Below, piece by piece: positions 25,565 through 36,924 of a DNA stretch of 64,000 nucleotides (positions are counted from its first letter, which is position 1; each line of letters opens with the position of its first letter). The DNA is from Acetofilamentum sp. (GTDB taxonomy: Bacteria > Hydrothermota > 32-111): assembly GCA_020721805.1 (NCBI GenBank), contig DYMB01000001.1, positions 243,149 through 307,148 on the forward strand, written 5' to 3'. A model generated the notes under the pieces. The model was not told the origin of the DNA. It ran no database searches and saw only the letters and a program-made list of their open reading frames with translations. Position numbers and translations under genes: made by a program.

Positions 25565-28500
25565 GACAGTTTTTATATTTTTTTCCGGAACCGCAGAAAC
25601 ATGGATCGTTTCTTCCTATCTTTTTTGAAGTATTTACAATAGGCTTCAGTTTGGCCGGGTTTTCATCAGTTATGTTTGAAATATTTTTTTTAATCGTTTC
25701 AACCATCTTCAATTCTTTTCTTTTTATTTCCATTTTTTCAAACGAAGAAAGGAATTTTTGTGCAAAATCTTTAAAAAGGTTATCCATAAAATCACTGAAA
25801 AGTTGATATGCTTCCCTTTTAAATTCTATCAAAGGATCCCTCTGGGCATATCCTCTCAAAAATATTCCTTCCTTTATGGCATCAAGTTCGTAAAGTTGTT
25901 CTATCCATAGATTGTCTATACTATGTATAAACATATTTGATATGTTAAAAACCAGTATATCGGTTCTTTCAAAAAATGGAGAGATTTTTTCGTCGAATAT
26001 CTCTTTGATGCTTTTTAGTATATTTTCCAGTAAAAGATTACGGGGAATCTCTTCTTCTTTAGTCTTTATTGAAACTCTGAAATTGTTGATTAAAAATTCG
26101 TTTATTATTCCAAGTTCATCACCGCTAACCTGATTTTGAAAATTCTTTTCAACAAATTCTTTTACTACCTGGTTAATATTTTCAATTATATAGTCATAGA
26201 TGATTTTAAAATTATCTTTAAAGGTTTGATAAACTGTATCGTTAACCAATTTGAAAAAGTTTTCATCTATGTTTTCAAAAGAGAGTTCTTTTATTTTTTC
26301 ACAGTTCAAGATTATCGAAAGTTCTCTGATCTTTTCAGATTTTAGATTCTCATCATCCGTTTTTAAGAATTGATCTTTAAAATTCAAAAGAGTTTTCAAA
26401 AAAAGTTCTTTGTCAAGATATTCAATCGGAGGTTTTTTTTCAAGGAAAAAATTCCTTATCTGATAAACAACCTCTCTCTGCTTATTTATAACATCATCGT
26501 ATTGGAGTAGATATTTTCTTCTTTCAAAATTTAAAGATTCGATTTTTTTCTGAGCGTTTTCTATAGACGATGTTAGAAGTTTGTGGGATATGTTAACATC
26601 TTTTGATGAAAAGGATTCAAGCCTCTTTATGAGATCACTTATTCTTTCATTTCCAAATATTCTCATCAGATCATCTTCAAGTGAAACGGTAAAAAGGGAT
26701 GAACCGGGATCCCCCTGTCTCCCAGATCTGCCTCGTAGTTGTCTATCTATTCTTCTTGATTCATGTTTTTCAGTTCCAAGAACAAATAAACCCGGAGAAA
26801 AAGCAAGCACTGGTTTTCCATTTTTGTCGAATTCTACAAAAACTTTTCTGTTTTCAAAATCCTCTGGGTTGGTTATTTCAATACAGAATTTTGTGTTATC
26901 TGTTAGAAAAGAATCATCATCGGTTATCAATATTTTATTTTTTTCATTTTTTTCGTATGTAAAATATATAGATTTATCTTTAAGATATGGATCATTTTTA
27001 AGAATAAAATCTATATACTCTTTTGAGAGATCGTATCTATAAACTATAACAGGTTCTTTTGTTAGTTTTTCCTTAACAAAGAGAGCTTGCATCAAGCAAC
27101 TTCTTTCGGGTAACATCTTTATGGTTTGTCCGAGTTTGATATCGGTTCCTCTACCAGCCATATTTGTTGCAACGGTTATGGCTCCCTGAAGACCCGCTTC
27201 AGCAATTATCTTTGCCTCTTTTTCATGGTATCTTGCATTTAAAATATTGTATTTTAAAGTTTTACCCTGATTATCCTTTCTGTTTTTTAAAAATGAATCA
27301 AGATACTCACTCGATTGAACCGATGCGGTTCCGACAAGTATCGGTATCCCAGCATTGTGGAGTTTATTGATAAGATCTATAACATATTTTATCTTTTCAT
27401 CTTTTCTTATGAAAATAATATCGTTGTAATCTTTTCTTATAACCTTTTTGTTTGTTGGAATAACTATAACAGGTAATTTGTATATATGTAAAAATTCATC
27501 CTGTTCGGTTTCAGCGGTTCCAGTCATTCCAGAAAGTCTTTCAAACATTCTGAAAAGATTCTGCAAAGTTATTGTAGCGAGTGTTTTGGTCTCCTCTTCT
27601 ATTCTCACATCTTCCTTTGCTTCTATAGCTGAATGGAGTCCTTCAGAGAATCTTCTTCCGGGCATCAGTCTTCCGGTATGCTCATCCACTATTACAACTT
27701 TTCCATTCTGAACTATATATTCAACATCTTTTTCGAAAAGGGTGTAAGCCTTTAAAAGTTGATGTAAAGCATGTATCTGTTCACTTTTTAAAATGTATTG
27801 TTGCATTATTTGGTTTTTCTGTTTGTTTTTTTCAGCGGGATCTTCAACAGTTTCATCTATATTTTTTAATTCTGTGGAAAGTTCAGGTGTTTTAAAAAAT
27901 TCTTTATCACCATATATCTTTTCAAAATAATCTTCCCCTTTATCGGTGATAGTTATCCCACCACTCTTCTCATCTATCGAATAGAGGAGTTCCTCATCAA
28001 GTGTATGTAAAATTTTATCTCTTATAAAAATATTTTCCATTTTTTCCATTTTTGCGATGATCTCTGAATTGTTTAGAAGATCTGTAATCTCCTTCATCTT
28101 TGGGAAACCCCTTTTTGCAGATAAAAATAGTTTTATCGCATCATCCTCTTTACCTTCTTCAAAAGTTCTTTTTGCTTTTTGAAAAATATTTTTTACGATT
28201 TCCTTTTGTGTCCTAACGAACTGATTTACAGATGGATTCAAACTCCTATAGAGTTGTTCTGTTCTTTTTTCCTCCGGATCTCCAAAAGGATAACCTGAAA
28301 TTATAAGTGGGGTTCTTGCCTCATCTATCAAAACAGAGTCAACCTCATCTATTATAGCATAGTAAAAGTTCTCTCTCAAAACCTTGTCGGATCTTTGAAA
28401 AGCCATGTTGTCTCTTAAATAATCAAATCCAAATTCATTGTTGGTAACATAGGTTACATCACAGTTATAGTTTTTTCTTCTTTCCTCTGGTGTCATTCCC

Positions 28501-29018
28501 ATCTGGATCAAGCCAACCGAAATCCCAAGTCTTTCAAATACTGGAAACATCCATGCTTTATCCCTCTTTGCAAGATAGTCGTTAACAGTTATAAGGTATG
28601 CACCTCTTTTTTTAAGTGAATGCAAATATAAAGGCATAACAGCTACAAGTGTTTTACCTTCACCTGTTGCCATCTCAACTATGTTTCCTTCAAAAAGTGC
28701 AGCGGATCCCAACAGTTGAACATCGAAAGGAACCATATCCCATACGAATTTCATATCCTCATATGTGTATTCAAATTTTTCATCGTAGAGTTTTTTCATC
28801 ACATATTTTACCAGAGCAAAGGATTCAACGATCATCTCTGAAGGATTCTCTCCATCCTCTATCCTCTTTATGAATTCATAGGTTTTCTTTTTTGGATCAA
28901 GCAAGGGATCCTTTAAGTATATTTCATAGGTTTCGTTTATCTTTTCAACCAGTCTATCGTACTCTTTTAATTTTTTTTGAGAGTAGGAAGGGAAAATTTT
29001 TTTAAACAAGTTTAGCAT
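25548..29018 (-). CDS. secA: Preprotein translocase ATPase SecA, long FCB-type
   Basis: N-terminal MLNLFKKIF typical of SecA. Walker A MATGEGKT, SGMTGTAETE, and a C-terminal zinc-binding tail CFCGSGKKYKNCHG. Length 1156 aa, with large PPXD/NBD2 insertions. Confidence 0.92.
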   Translation of the reverse strand: MLNLFKKIFPSYSQKKLKEYDRLVEKINETYEIYLKDPLLDPKKKTYEFIKRIEDGENPSEMIVESFALVKYVMKKLYDEKFEYTYEDMKFVWDMVPFDVQLLGSAALFEGNIVEMATGEGKTLVAVMPLYLHSLKKRGAYLITVNDYLAKRDKAWMFPVFERLGISVGLIQMGMTPEERRKNYNCDVTYVTNNEFGFDYLRDNMAFQRSDKVLRENFYYAIIDEVDSVLIDEARTPLIISGYPFGDPEEKRTEQLYRSLNPSVNQFVRTQKEIVKNIFQKAKRTFEEGKEDDAIKLFLSAKRGFPKMKEITDLLNNSEIIAKMEKMENIFIRDKILHTLDEELLYSIDEKSGGITITDKGEDYFEKIYGDKEFFKTPELSTELKNIDETVEDPAEKNKQKNQIMQQYILKSEQIHALHQLLKAYTLFEKDVEYIVQNGKVVIVDEHTGRLMPGRRFSEGLHSAIEAKEDVRIEEETKTLATITLQNLFRMFERLSGMTGTAETEQDEFLHIYKLPVIVIPTNKKVIRKDYNDIIFIRKDEKIKYVIDLINKLHNAGIPILVGTASVQSSEYLDSFLKNRKDNQGKTLKYNILNARYHEKEAKIIAEAGLQGAITVATNMAGRGTDIKLGQTIKMLPERSCLMQALFVKEKLTKEPVIVYRYDLSKEYIDFILKNDPYLKDKSIYFTYEKNEKNKILITDDDSFLTDNTKFCIEITNPEDFENRKVFVEFDKNGKPVLAFSPGLFVLGTEKHESRRIDRQLRGRSGRQGDPGSSLFTVSLEDDLMRIFGNERISDLIKRLESFSSKDVNISHKLLTSSIENAQKKIESLNFERRKYLLQYDDVINKQREVVYQIRNFFLEKKPPIEYLDKELFLKTLLNFKDQFLKTDDENLKSEKIRELSIILNCEKIKELSFENIDENFFKLVNDTVYQTFKDNFKIIYDYIIENINQVVKEFVEKNFQNQVSGDELGIINEFLINNFRVSIKTKEEEIPRNLLLENILKSIKEIFDEKISPFFERTDILVFNISNMFIHSIDNLWIEQLYELDAIKEGIFLRGYAQRDPLIEFKREAYQLFSDFMDNLFKDFAQKFLSSFEKMEIKRKELKMVETIKKNISNITDENPAKLKPIVNTSKKIGRNDPCFCGSGKKYKNCHGKNK

Positions 29019-30891
29019 CCATTATCTCCTGTAATTTTTCATAGATTCCATTCTCATCCAATTTTTCGATTTCCCTTAAAATTTTTTGTGTTCCCATTTC
29101 AACAAATTTATCATCTATACCCAAATTTATGACTATATTTTTGAGTTTTCTGTAACTTAAAATCCTTGAAACATATTCTCCCATACCACCTGAAAGTATG
29201 TTTTCTTCAACCGTTAATATAACTTCATTATTCCTTATTCTGGAAAGAAGGAGTTCAATATCAAAAGGTTTAACGAATCTTGCGTTTATCAGAACAGGAG
29301 AGAAGTTATACTTTTCTTTGAATTTCAGAGCGGCATTTTTTGCTGGATAGACGGTGTTTCCAATCGCAACGATTATTATTTTTTCTCCTTCAAGTAGAAT
29401 CTCACCTTTTCCAAAAGATATATCTTTAATCTCACCTGAAATATCTACACCGTATCCTTCACCTCTTGGGTATCTTAAAGCTATCGGTCCCTTATCGTAT
29501 TCAAGTCCAAGTTTAATCATACTCCTGAGTTCATCCTCATCTTTTGGAGACATTATAACCATATCCGGAACAGTTCTTAAATATGAAAGATCAAAGATTC
29601 CGTGATGGGTAGGCCCATCATCACCAACTATACCTGCACGATCGAGAACAAAGAAAATATTCCTTTTCATAAGTGATGCATCATGTATCAGTTGATCGTA
29701 GGATCTTTGAAGAAATGTTGAATATATCGCGCAAACAGGTTTATATCCCTGAAGTGATAAGCCAACGGAAAAAAGAACAGCATGCCCTTCAGCGATCCCA
29801 ACATCGAAAAATCTTTTTGGAAAAGCATCCCTGAAATATGATAGCCCTGTTCCATCTGGCATGGCTGCGGTTATGGCTACTATTCTATCATTATTTTTTG
29901 AAAGTTCCGTCAAAGTTTTTCCAAAGACATCGGTATATTTCACACAGCCTTTACTTTTTTCACATGAACCTGTCTCTTTATCGAATATCGATATCCCATG
30001 AAATTTTACAGGATTTTTTTCCGCAAATATATATCCTCTACCTTTTTGTGTTATAGTATGTATAAGTATAGGTGATGGATAATTTTTTGCATATCTTAAG
30101 GTTGCTATGAGTTCTTCAATTTTATGGCCATCGAGTGGTCCTATATATCTTAAGCCAAACTCTTCAAAGAATATTGTTGGAATGAAAAAATTTTTTAAAG
30201 ATTCTTTCATTCTTCTTGAAAGATCCCTTGTCTTGTTACCAAGACTGGAAGGTAGTTTACCCATCAACTGCCACAGATCGCTCTTCAGATTAGTATATGC
30301 GTGGGTTCTTTGCAATTTGTTTAAATATTGGGAAATTCCACCAACATTTTCTGATATTGACATCTTGTTATCGTTTAAAATCACTATAATTTTATTTTTC
30401 AGGTTTGCAAGGTTGTTTAAAGCCTCGTAAACCAACCCATTTGTCATGGCACCGTCTCCTATAAGAACGACTATGTCAAAATTTTCTTTTTTCAGATCTC
30501 TCGCAACAGCCATTCCAAGTGCTGCGGAAAGGGATGTCCCTGCATGACCAACCGTGAGATGGTCATATTCACTTTCAAAAATATTGTTGAATCCGCTTAA
30601 ACCTTTATATGTCCTTAAAAGGTTAAAACGATCCTTTCTTCCAGTAAGTATTTTGTGTGCATAGGACTGATGCCCAACATCGAAAATGAACTTATCTTTT
30701 GGAGAATCGAAAACATAGTGCATCGCTATGATAATTTCTATCGCACCTAGAGATGGAGCAAGATGCCCTCCTGTTTTTGATGTGTTTTCAATGATAAAAT
30801 ATCTCAGATCACTTGCGAGTTGGTATAGTTCATCGATAGATAAATTTTTTAAATCTTTTGGTGTATTAACTTTTTGCAATATATTATCCAT
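29002..30891 (-). CDS. dxs: 1-deoxy-D-xylulose-5-phosphate synthase
   Basis: ThDP motifs GHQSYAHKILTGR and GDGAMTNG...N, plus transketolase-like pyrimidine and C-terminal domains. Length 629 aa. Confidence 0.9.
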   Translation of the reverse strand: MDNILQKVNTPKDLKNLSIDELYQLASDLRYFIIENTSKTGGHLAPSLGAIEIIIAMHYVFDSPKDKFIFDVGHQSYAHKILTGRKDRFNLLRTYKGLSGFNNIFESEYDHLTVGHAGTSLSAALGMAVARDLKKENFDIVVLIGDGAMTNGLVYEALNNLANLKNKIIVILNDNKMSISENVGGISQYLNKLQRTHAYTNLKSDLWQLMGKLPSSLGNKTRDLSRRMKESLKNFFIPTIFFEEFGLRYIGPLDGHKIEELIATLRYAKNYPSPILIHTITQKGRGYIFAEKNPVKFHGISIFDKETGSCEKSKGCVKYTDVFGKTLTELSKNNDRIVAITAAMPDGTGLSYFRDAFPKRFFDVGIAEGHAVLFSVGLSLQGYKPVCAIYSTFLQRSYDQLIHDASLMKRNIFFVLDRAGIVGDDGPTHHGIFDLSYLRTVPDMVIMSPKDEDELRSMIKLGLEYDKGPIALRYPRGEGYGVDISGEIKDISFGKGEILLEGEKIIIVAIGNTVYPAKNAALKFKEKYNFSPVLINARFVKPFDIELLLSRIRNNEVILTVEENILSGGMGEYVSRILSYRKLKNIVINLGIDDKFVEMGTQKILREIEKLDENGIYEKLQEIMDAKLV

Positions 30892-30902
30892 TATTTCTCC
30901 AT

Positions 30903-31331
30903 CTATTTAAAAATTATGGCTATTATTATACCAAGTAGTGAACCGAATAAAACTTCTATAGGGGTATGCCCAAGAAACTCCATCAATCTTTTTTCTTTAA
31001 ACTTGTGTTCCATTTGGAAATCTTCTATTATTTTGTTTAAAACCTGAGCCTGTTTCCCAGCAGACCTTCTTAAACCTGCAGCATCATACATTATCACCGA
31101 TGAAAAGAATGCTGCTATTGAAAAATATAGTGAATTGAATCCACCATAGAATCCTACAAGAGTTGTAAGGGTTGCTGATGTTGAAGCATGTGAACTTGGC
31201 ATTCCACCTGTTTCAAAGAATCTTTTAAAATTTATTTTTTTATACTGTTTGTAATATGTGATAACCTTTATAAATTGCGCGGTAAAACCACTAAGGAGTG
31301 TTAATAATAAAATTTTTACAGTTAACATCAA
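30903..31331 (-). CDS. Divergent PAP2 family membrane protein (YuiD/acid-phosphatase/vanadium-haloperoxidase-related)
   Basis: GGMPSSHAS motif characteristic of DUF212/YuiD. Length 142 aa, with 3-4 TM helices. Confidence 0.7.
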   Translation of the reverse strand: MMLTVKILLLTLLSGFTAQFIKVITYYKQYKKINFKRFFETGGMPSSHASTSATLTTLVGFYGGFNSLYFSIAAFFSSVIMYDAAGLRRSAGKQAQVLNKIIEDFQMEHKFKEKRLMEFLGHTPIEVLFGSLLGIIIAIIFK

Positions 31332-32233
31332 TTTATCCTTGTTAAAAATATATCTATTATTTTTTCCAATCTTCCTGTTGTAATTTCCATTTTTTTTATG
31401 TATTTCAATGCTCTATCTGCCTCTTTTCTTGCGAATTCTTTTGCTTGCTTGAGATCGAATAAATTCACATAGGTTAATTTGTTTTGTTTCTGATCCTTCC
31501 CAGCTGTTTTACCTAAAACACTTGAAGATGAAGTCATATCAAGGATATCATCGATTATCTGGAAAAGAAGACCAGCATGTAAACCGAGTCTTTCAAGTAA
31601 ATTTATTTTTTGTTCATCGTACCCAAGAAGTATAGAGGGAAGTGTAAAACTGGCTTGTATCATCGCAGCAGTTTTTTTTGTATGAATGAAGTTCAATGTT
31701 TTTATATCCTTTTTAAAATAATCACTCTTAGTATCCACAAATTGACCTGCTACCATTCCTTTCATTCCACTTGCTTTTATGAGTTTTTCTAATCCTGAAA
31801 CAATATACTCATATTCTGTTTTTGTTTTTAAAAAAGTTTCTATAGCATATGCGAATAGAGCATCACCTGCAAGTATAGCGGTTGTTTCATCATATTTTTT
31901 ATGAAGAGTGGGTTTTCCTCTTCTCAAGTCATCATTATCCATTGATGGAAGATCATCATGGATCAGAGAGTAGGTATGTATCATCTCTATTGAGCATGCA
32001 GCAGGAAGAAGATCTTTTGTTCTTCTTGTTTCTCCAAGTTCGTCCAGAACGGTAAGAAAGATTATCGGTCTTAACCTTTTCCCACCGGCTGAAATTGAAT
32101 AATACATAGCCTCATATAACCTTTTAGTGAACTTATCCTCTCTTATAAAATATTTTTTAAGATTTTCCTCTATAAGTTTTTTCTTTTTTTCTAAATAAAG
32201 TTCAAATTCACTCTTCATCTTCGTTCTCTTCAA
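31328..32233 (-). CDS. ispA: Polyprenyl (farnesyl/geranylgeranyl) diphosphate synthase
   Basis: First aspartate-rich motif LIHDDLPSMDNDDLRRG (DDxxxxD) and second aspartate-rich motif FQIIDDILD. Conserved xseB-ispA-dxs neighbourhood. Confidence 0.9.
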   Translation of the reverse strand: MKRTKMKSEFELYLEKKKKLIEENLKKYFIREDKFTKRLYEAMYYSISAGGKRLRPIIFLTVLDELGETRRTKDLLPAACSIEMIHTYSLIHDDLPSMDNDDLRRGKPTLHKKYDETTAILAGDALFAYAIETFLKTKTEYEYIVSGLEKLIKASGMKGMVAGQFVDTKSDYFKKDIKTLNFIHTKKTAAMIQASFTLPSILLGYDEQKINLLERLGLHAGLLFQIIDDILDMTSSSSVLGKTAGKDQKQNKLTYVNLFDLKQAKEFARKEADRALKYIKKMEITTGRLEKIIDIFLTRIN

Positions 32234-32420
32234 CTATTTTTTTTATCTTCTCTTCATAAAATTTTATCTTTTCTTCAACTTCTTTTATAAGTTTAATTCC
32301 TTTTTCATACATTTCAATAGATTTTTTAATATCAATATTTTCATCCTTTAAAATTTTTACGATCTCTTCAATCTCCTTTATCTTATCTTCTAATTTTTCG
32401 TTTTTTGTTTCTTCGTTCAT
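32208..32420 (-). CDS. xseB: Exodeoxyribonuclease VII small subunit
   Basis: 70 aa helical protein; IEEIVKILKDENIDIKKSIEMYEKGIKL matches XseB. Located between xseA and ispA. Confidence 0.85.
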   Translation of the reverse strand: MNEETKNEKLEDKIKEIEEIVKILKDENIDIKKSIEMYEKGIKLIKEVEEKIKFYEEKIKKIVEENEDEE

Positions 32421-33751
32421 ATTTTCTCCTCTTTTATTTTTTTCACTTCGCTTTGAACAACTCCATCACTTAAAATTATATCTATATTTGAATTTATCTT
32501 TATGTTCTTTATTGAGTTTATCGTATTTTTTTGAGCATCCACAACTATCGAATATCCTCTTTTGAGTATCTGGGAAGGGTTTAAATTAACAAGTGAATCT
32601 TTCAACATTTTAAGATCTTTTGTAAGAAGGCTAAATCTATTTTTTAAATCAAGGGTCATCTGATTTTTCATCATAGATATAAAATTTTTCTTTTCCACTA
32701 TTTTTAAAAGAGGGGAGTATTTTAAAATGGTATTCTTCAACAGATCTTTTCTATTTTTATAATCGTTTATTTTTTTGTTTAAAATGCTCTCCATCTCTTC
32801 AAGCAAAAATCCTATTTTTTCCTTTTTTTTGTTTATCGGAACGATTGTGGATATAAAAAATGTTTTTTTCAAACTTGAAAATGTTTGCTTCTTGTTGGTA
32901 ATTTTCTTTATTAAATCCCTTTTGAGTTCAATTTCTGATCTGGTCAAAAAATCAAGAATATCATCAACATTTTTAACTATAATTTCAGCGGCAGCGGAGG
33001 GTGTTGGTGCCCTTAGATCAGATACGAAATCACATATTGTAAAATCTGTCTGATGGCCGACCGCAGATACTACAGGTATTTTTGATTTTGCGATTTCTCT
33101 TGCGAGTCTTTCATCGTTGAACACGAAAAGATCTTCAAAGGATCCACCACCTCTTGCTATTATTATCAGATCAACATTTTTTTTTCTGTTAAAATATTTT
33201 AATCCTTTTATGATACTCTTTTCACTTCCCTCACCCTGCACCGATGCTGGATACAGGTATTTTTTTAAATAGGGTGCCCTTCTTTTTAATATGTTTAAGA
33301 TATCATGTAAAACTGAACCAGTTTGAGAAGTTATAATCCCTATGGATAGAGGGTAGATTGGTAAAGGTTTCTTTCTTTCAGAAGAGAACAATCCTTCTTT
33401 TTCAAGTTTTTCTTTTAGTTTCAAAAATTTTTCATACAGTTCTCCAACACCTGACAATTTTATATCTTCAACTATTATCTGATACTGACCCTGTTTCTCA
33501 TACACCGTAAGATGCCCTTTTATCAAAACTTTATTCCCATCTTTAAAACTTTTATCAATTTTTGTTGATCTCCAGATTATACATTTTATAAGAGAATCTT
33601 CATCTTTTATTGAAAAATAGATATGACCTGATGGACTTTCGCTCCAATTGGTAATTTCACCTGTTATTTTGAAATTGGATGGAAAATTATCCTCTATAAG
33701 GTTTTTTAAAATTTCGGTTATCTGTGTAACCGTGTAAATTTTATCTTCCAT
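32417..33751 (-). CDS. xseA: Exodeoxyribonuclease VII large subunit
   Basis: N-terminal OB fold TVTQITEILKNLIEDNFPSNFKITGEITNW...GHIYFSIKDE and catalytic core IARGGGSFEDL. Length 444 aa. Confidence 0.9.
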   Translation of the reverse strand: MEDKIYTVTQITEILKNLIEDNFPSNFKITGEITNWSESPSGHIYFSIKDEDSLIKCIIWRSTKIDKSFKDGNKVLIKGHLTVYEKQGQYQIIVEDIKLSGVGELYEKFLKLKEKLEKEGLFSSERKKPLPIYPLSIGIITSQTGSVLHDILNILKRRAPYLKKYLYPASVQGEGSEKSIIKGLKYFNRKKNVDLIIIARGGGSFEDLFVFNDERLAREIAKSKIPVVSAVGHQTDFTICDFVSDLRAPTPSAAAEIIVKNVDDILDFLTRSEIELKRDLIKKITNKKQTFSSLKKTFFISTIVPINKKKEKIGFLLEEMESILNKKINDYKNRKDLLKNTILKYSPLLKIVEKKNFISMMKNQMTLDLKNRFSLLTKDLKMLKDSLVNLNPSQILKRGYSIVVDAQKNTINSIKNIKINSNIDIILSDGVVQSEVKKIKEEKI

Positions 33752-34577
33752 ATTCTTTTTTCAAGATCAAAAGATTTTGGAAAAGCGTTGCAACGGTTAC
33801 GGGTCCTATACCTCCTGGAACCGGGGTATAAGCACTTGATAATGGATAGGTATCGCTAAAGATATCTCCAACGATTTTTCCATCATAATAGTTTATCCCA
33901 ACATCTAAAAGTATAGGTTTATTTGTACCTATAAAATCACCTGTTAGAAAGAAGGGTTTCCCAATAGCGGAAACTATTATATCAGCATTTTTTGTAAATG
34001 ATTTTATCTCCTTTGATTTTGAGTGAAGAACAGTCACAGATGCACCGCCATCTCTTTTGGAAAGAAAGAGAAGAGCAAGCGGTTTACCAACTATTTCAGA
34101 TCTTCCCAGTATAACAACATTTTTACCTGTAAAATCTAAATTTTCATACTTTAGAGTCTGTATAACCGCAGATGCTGTCGATGGTGCTATGATGAAATTA
34201 TCGGTTATCAGTTTTCCATAGTTTTTTAGAGTTATACAATCCACATCCTTTTTATAATCGAGTATCTGGGATATTTTTTTAAGATCTATTCTTTCTGGTA
34301 AAGGTTTTTCGATTATTATTCCATCAAGTTCTTTTGAGTTTGAAATATTTTCGATCTCATTTAAAAAATCCTCGTTTGAGATATTCTCATCATAGTTGAA
34401 AAGTTTTATGTTTATAAAATAATCTTTTGCTATTTTGATTTTGGATTTTATATATGAAATTGTTGAAGGGGAGTTGCCAATATAAACTACACCAAGGTTT
34501 GGTTTATATTTTTTAAAATCTTCTAAATTTTTTTCAAGTATCAATTGTGAGATCCTTTTACCATCAATCCGATACAT
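33741..34577 (-). CDS. folD: Bifunctional 5,10-methylene-THF dehydrogenase/cyclohydrolase
   Basis: Motifs VVILGRSEIVGKPLALLF, GASVTVLHSKS and ADIIVSAIGKP. Length 278 aa. Confidence 0.9.
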   Translation of the reverse strand: MYRIDGKRISQLILEKNLEDFKKYKPNLGVVYIGNSPSTISYIKSKIKIAKDYFINIKLFNYDENISNEDFLNEIENISNSKELDGIIIEKPLPERIDLKKISQILDYKKDVDCITLKNYGKLITDNFIIAPSTASAVIQTLKYENLDFTGKNVVILGRSEIVGKPLALLFLSKRDGGASVTVLHSKSKEIKSFTKNADIIVSAIGKPFFLTGDFIGTNKPILLDVGINYYDGKIVGDIFSDTYPLSSAYTPVPGGIGPVTVATLFQNLLILKKEYGR

Positions 34578-35349
34578 ACCTGAATATCCTTTCTATTTTT
34601 ACAGTTTTAAAACTATTTTTATCTATCTGTAAAAAAACGGCTGATAGTATCATATTATTTTTTGCAACTTCTAGCCTTTGTGGTATCTGATAGAGGTTCT
34701 TTTTCAATGCACTTTCTTTTTCAAATCCTATTATCGAGTTGAAACTACCAGTCATACCAACATCGGTTATAAAACCTGTTCCGTTCTCAAGTATTCTTTC
34801 ATCGGAAGTCTGACAATGTGTATGTGTTCCAATAACTGCGGAGACTCTACCATCAAGGAAAAACCCAAAAGATTGTTTTTCTGCGGTAGCTTCAGCATGA
34901 AAATCAACTATCCTTATCATACTGCTATTTTCAGAAAGATATATATCAACAGTTTTAAATGGACAATCAATAGGTTGCATAAATATTCTTCCACACAGAT
35001 TCAAAACTTCAATTTCTATATCGTTACACTTAAATTTTGAAACACCTTTTCCAGGAAGTTCTGAACTATAATTCATAGGCCTTAGTATTCTTGGGTCGGT
35101 TAAAAGTTCAACATATTCTTTATTGTCCCATACATGGTTTCCAGTTGTAATACATCCTATACCCATTGAAAACAAAAAATCTGTTGTTTTTTTAGTTATA
35201 CCAAAACCTCCGGCAATATTTTCTCCATTAGCGATTATGAAATCAGGTTTGTATATTTCCTTTAGATTTTTTATATCCTTTGAAAGAGCGTTTCTTCCAG
35301 TTTTCCCGATAATATCACCTATAAAAAGTATATTTATATTATTTTGCAT
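34564..35349 (-). CDS. ymdB: YmdB-family metallophosphoesterase (2',3'-cyclic-nucleotide phosphodiesterase, TIGR00282)
   Basis: [21 protein letters not shown] and GNHVWD calcineurin-like motifs. Adjacent to rny, as in Bacillus. Confidence 0.8.
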   Translation of the reverse strand: MQNNINILFIGDIIGKTGRNALSKDIKNLKEIYKPDFIIANGENIAGGFGITKKTTDFLFSMGIGCITTGNHVWDNKEYVELLTDPRILRPMNYSSELPGKGVSKFKCNDIEIEVLNLCGRIFMQPIDCPFKTVDIYLSENSSMIRIVDFHAEATAEKQSFGFFLDGRVSAVIGTHTHCQTSDERILENGTGFITDVGMTGSFNSIIGFEKESALKKNLYQIPQRLEVAKNNMILSAVFLQIDKNSFKTVKIERIFRYVSD

Positions 35350-36919
35350 AATCTATAGCTCTCGTTTCTCTTATAATAGTTACCTTTATCTGTCCTGGAT
35401 ATTTTAACTCCTGTTCTATTCTTCTTGCTATCTGATGGGATAGTTCTTCAGCTTCAGCATCGGTTATCTGTTCAGGAATAACCATAACCCTTATTTCTCT
35501 TCCAGCCTGTATGGCATAAGCTTTTTCAACACCGTTGAAACTGTTAGCTATTTCCTCGAGTTTTTCGAGTCTTTCTATATAAGCCTCAAGAGTCTCCCTT
35601 CTTGCTCCCGGTCTTGCTCCGGATATCGCATCAGCTGTAGATACGAGAATCGATATCAGGTTATTTGGTTCAACATCTCCATGATGACTTTCGATAGCGT
35701 TTATCACTATCTGATCCTCGCCATATTTTTTTGCAAGTTCTGAACCTATTTTTGTATGGGTTCCTTCAAAATTTTGATCAACCGCTTTTCCTATATCATG
35801 AAGGAGACCAGCCCTTTTCGCAATATAACTGTTTTCAATTTCAAGTTCATCAGCCATCATGGCAGCAAGGTATGCAACCTCTTTGGAATGTTGTAAAACA
35901 TTTTGTCCATAACTTGTTCTATATTTTAACCTTCCTATAAGTTTTATCATCTCCGGATGCATATTGGATATGTTGAGTTCAACAAGTGTTTCTTCACCTA
36001 TATTCTTTATATTCTCTTCCATCTCTTCAAAGGTTTTTTTAACTATCTCTTCAATCCTTGTTGGTTGTATCCTGCCATCGGAGATTAGTTTTATAAGTGA
36101 TAATCTTGCCACCTCTCTCCTTACCGGATCGAATCCGGAGAGTGTAACAGCATCAGGAGTGTCATCTATTATAACTTCAACACCAGTAGAGTTTTCAAAA
36201 GTTCTTATATTCCTTCCTTCCCTTCCTATTATTCTTCCCTTCATTTCCTCATTTGGCAGGTTCACAACGCTTACCGTAGATTCCACTACATGGTCTGTTG
36301 CGGATCTCTGTATGGCGAGTGTTATAATCTCCTTTGCTTCCTTCTGTGCTTTTTGTAAAGTATCCTCTTTTATCTGTTTTATCATATTTGCCGCTTGGAG
36401 TTTTGCTTCGGTTTCAAGATTCTGCATAAGTATTTTTATAGCCTCATCTTTTGACATTTGAGCTATCTGCTCAAGTTTTTTATTCTCTTCTTCTAAAAGT
36501 TTTGTTAATCTTTCATTTTTTGCCTTAACAGTCTTTTCTTTAAGAAAAAGTTCCCTTTCCCTTTGTAAAAGATTGGTTTCCTTTTTAGTTAAGAGTTCAT
36601 TCTTCTTTTCTATATTTTTTTCCCGATCCTCTATCGATTGTTCGGATCTTCTCAATTCGTTTCTTTTTTCTCTCAACTGTTTTTCAAATTGTTCATTTTT
36701 TCTGGCTATCTCCTCTTTGGTTTCAAGTAATGATAACCTTTTTTGTGCTTCAATCTCTCTTTTCGCGTCCTTGAGTATCTTTTTCGATGTTTCATCAGCA
36801 TCCTTCAATTTATTTTTGATACTTATTTTACCAATAAGGTAACCAACAAAATATCCAAGAATGCCAAGGATCAAAGTCAAGAGAGTTCCAATTATAATGA
36901 TCAATAATTTTGGATCCAT
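35339..36919 (-). CDS. rny: Ribonuclease Y
   Basis: N-terminal TM helix, coiled coil, KH domain ([15 protein letters not shown]) and HD domain (LLHDIGKA...HH). Length 526 aa. Confidence 0.9.
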   Translation of the reverse strand: MDPKLLIIIIGTLLTLILGILGYFVGYLIGKISIKNKLKDADETSKKILKDAKREIEAQKRLSLLETKEEIARKNEQFEKQLREKRNELRRSEQSIEDREKNIEKKNELLTKKETNLLQRERELFLKEKTVKAKNERLTKLLEEENKKLEQIAQMSKDEAIKILMQNLETEAKLQAANMIKQIKEDTLQKAQKEAKEIITLAIQRSATDHVVESTVSVVNLPNEEMKGRIIGREGRNIRTFENSTGVEVIIDDTPDAVTLSGFDPVRREVARLSLIKLISDGRIQPTRIEEIVKKTFEEMEENIKNIGEETLVELNISNMHPEMIKLIGRLKYRTSYGQNVLQHSKEVAYLAAMMADELEIENSYIAKRAGLLHDIGKAVDQNFEGTHTKIGSELAKKYGEDQIVINAIESHHGDVEPNNLISILVSTADAISGARPGARRETLEAYIERLEKLEEIANSFNGVEKAYAIQAGREIRVMVIPEQITDAEAEELSHQIARRIEQELKYPGQIKVTIIRETRAIDYAK

Positions 36920-36924
36920 AAATT

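Noticed and set aside
25548-29018. SecA length (1156 aa) as a sign of a fusion or novel domain
   Set aside because: Long SecA proteins with PPXD and NBD2 variable-region insertions are typical of FCB-group bacteria. All canonical SecA motifs are contiguous.
22272-29018. The 17-nt overlaps as programmed frameshift sites
   Set aside because: Each overlap contains a normal start codon for the downstream gene and a normal stop for the upstream gene. Both protein termini match family expectations, so these are ordinary out-of-frame overlaps.
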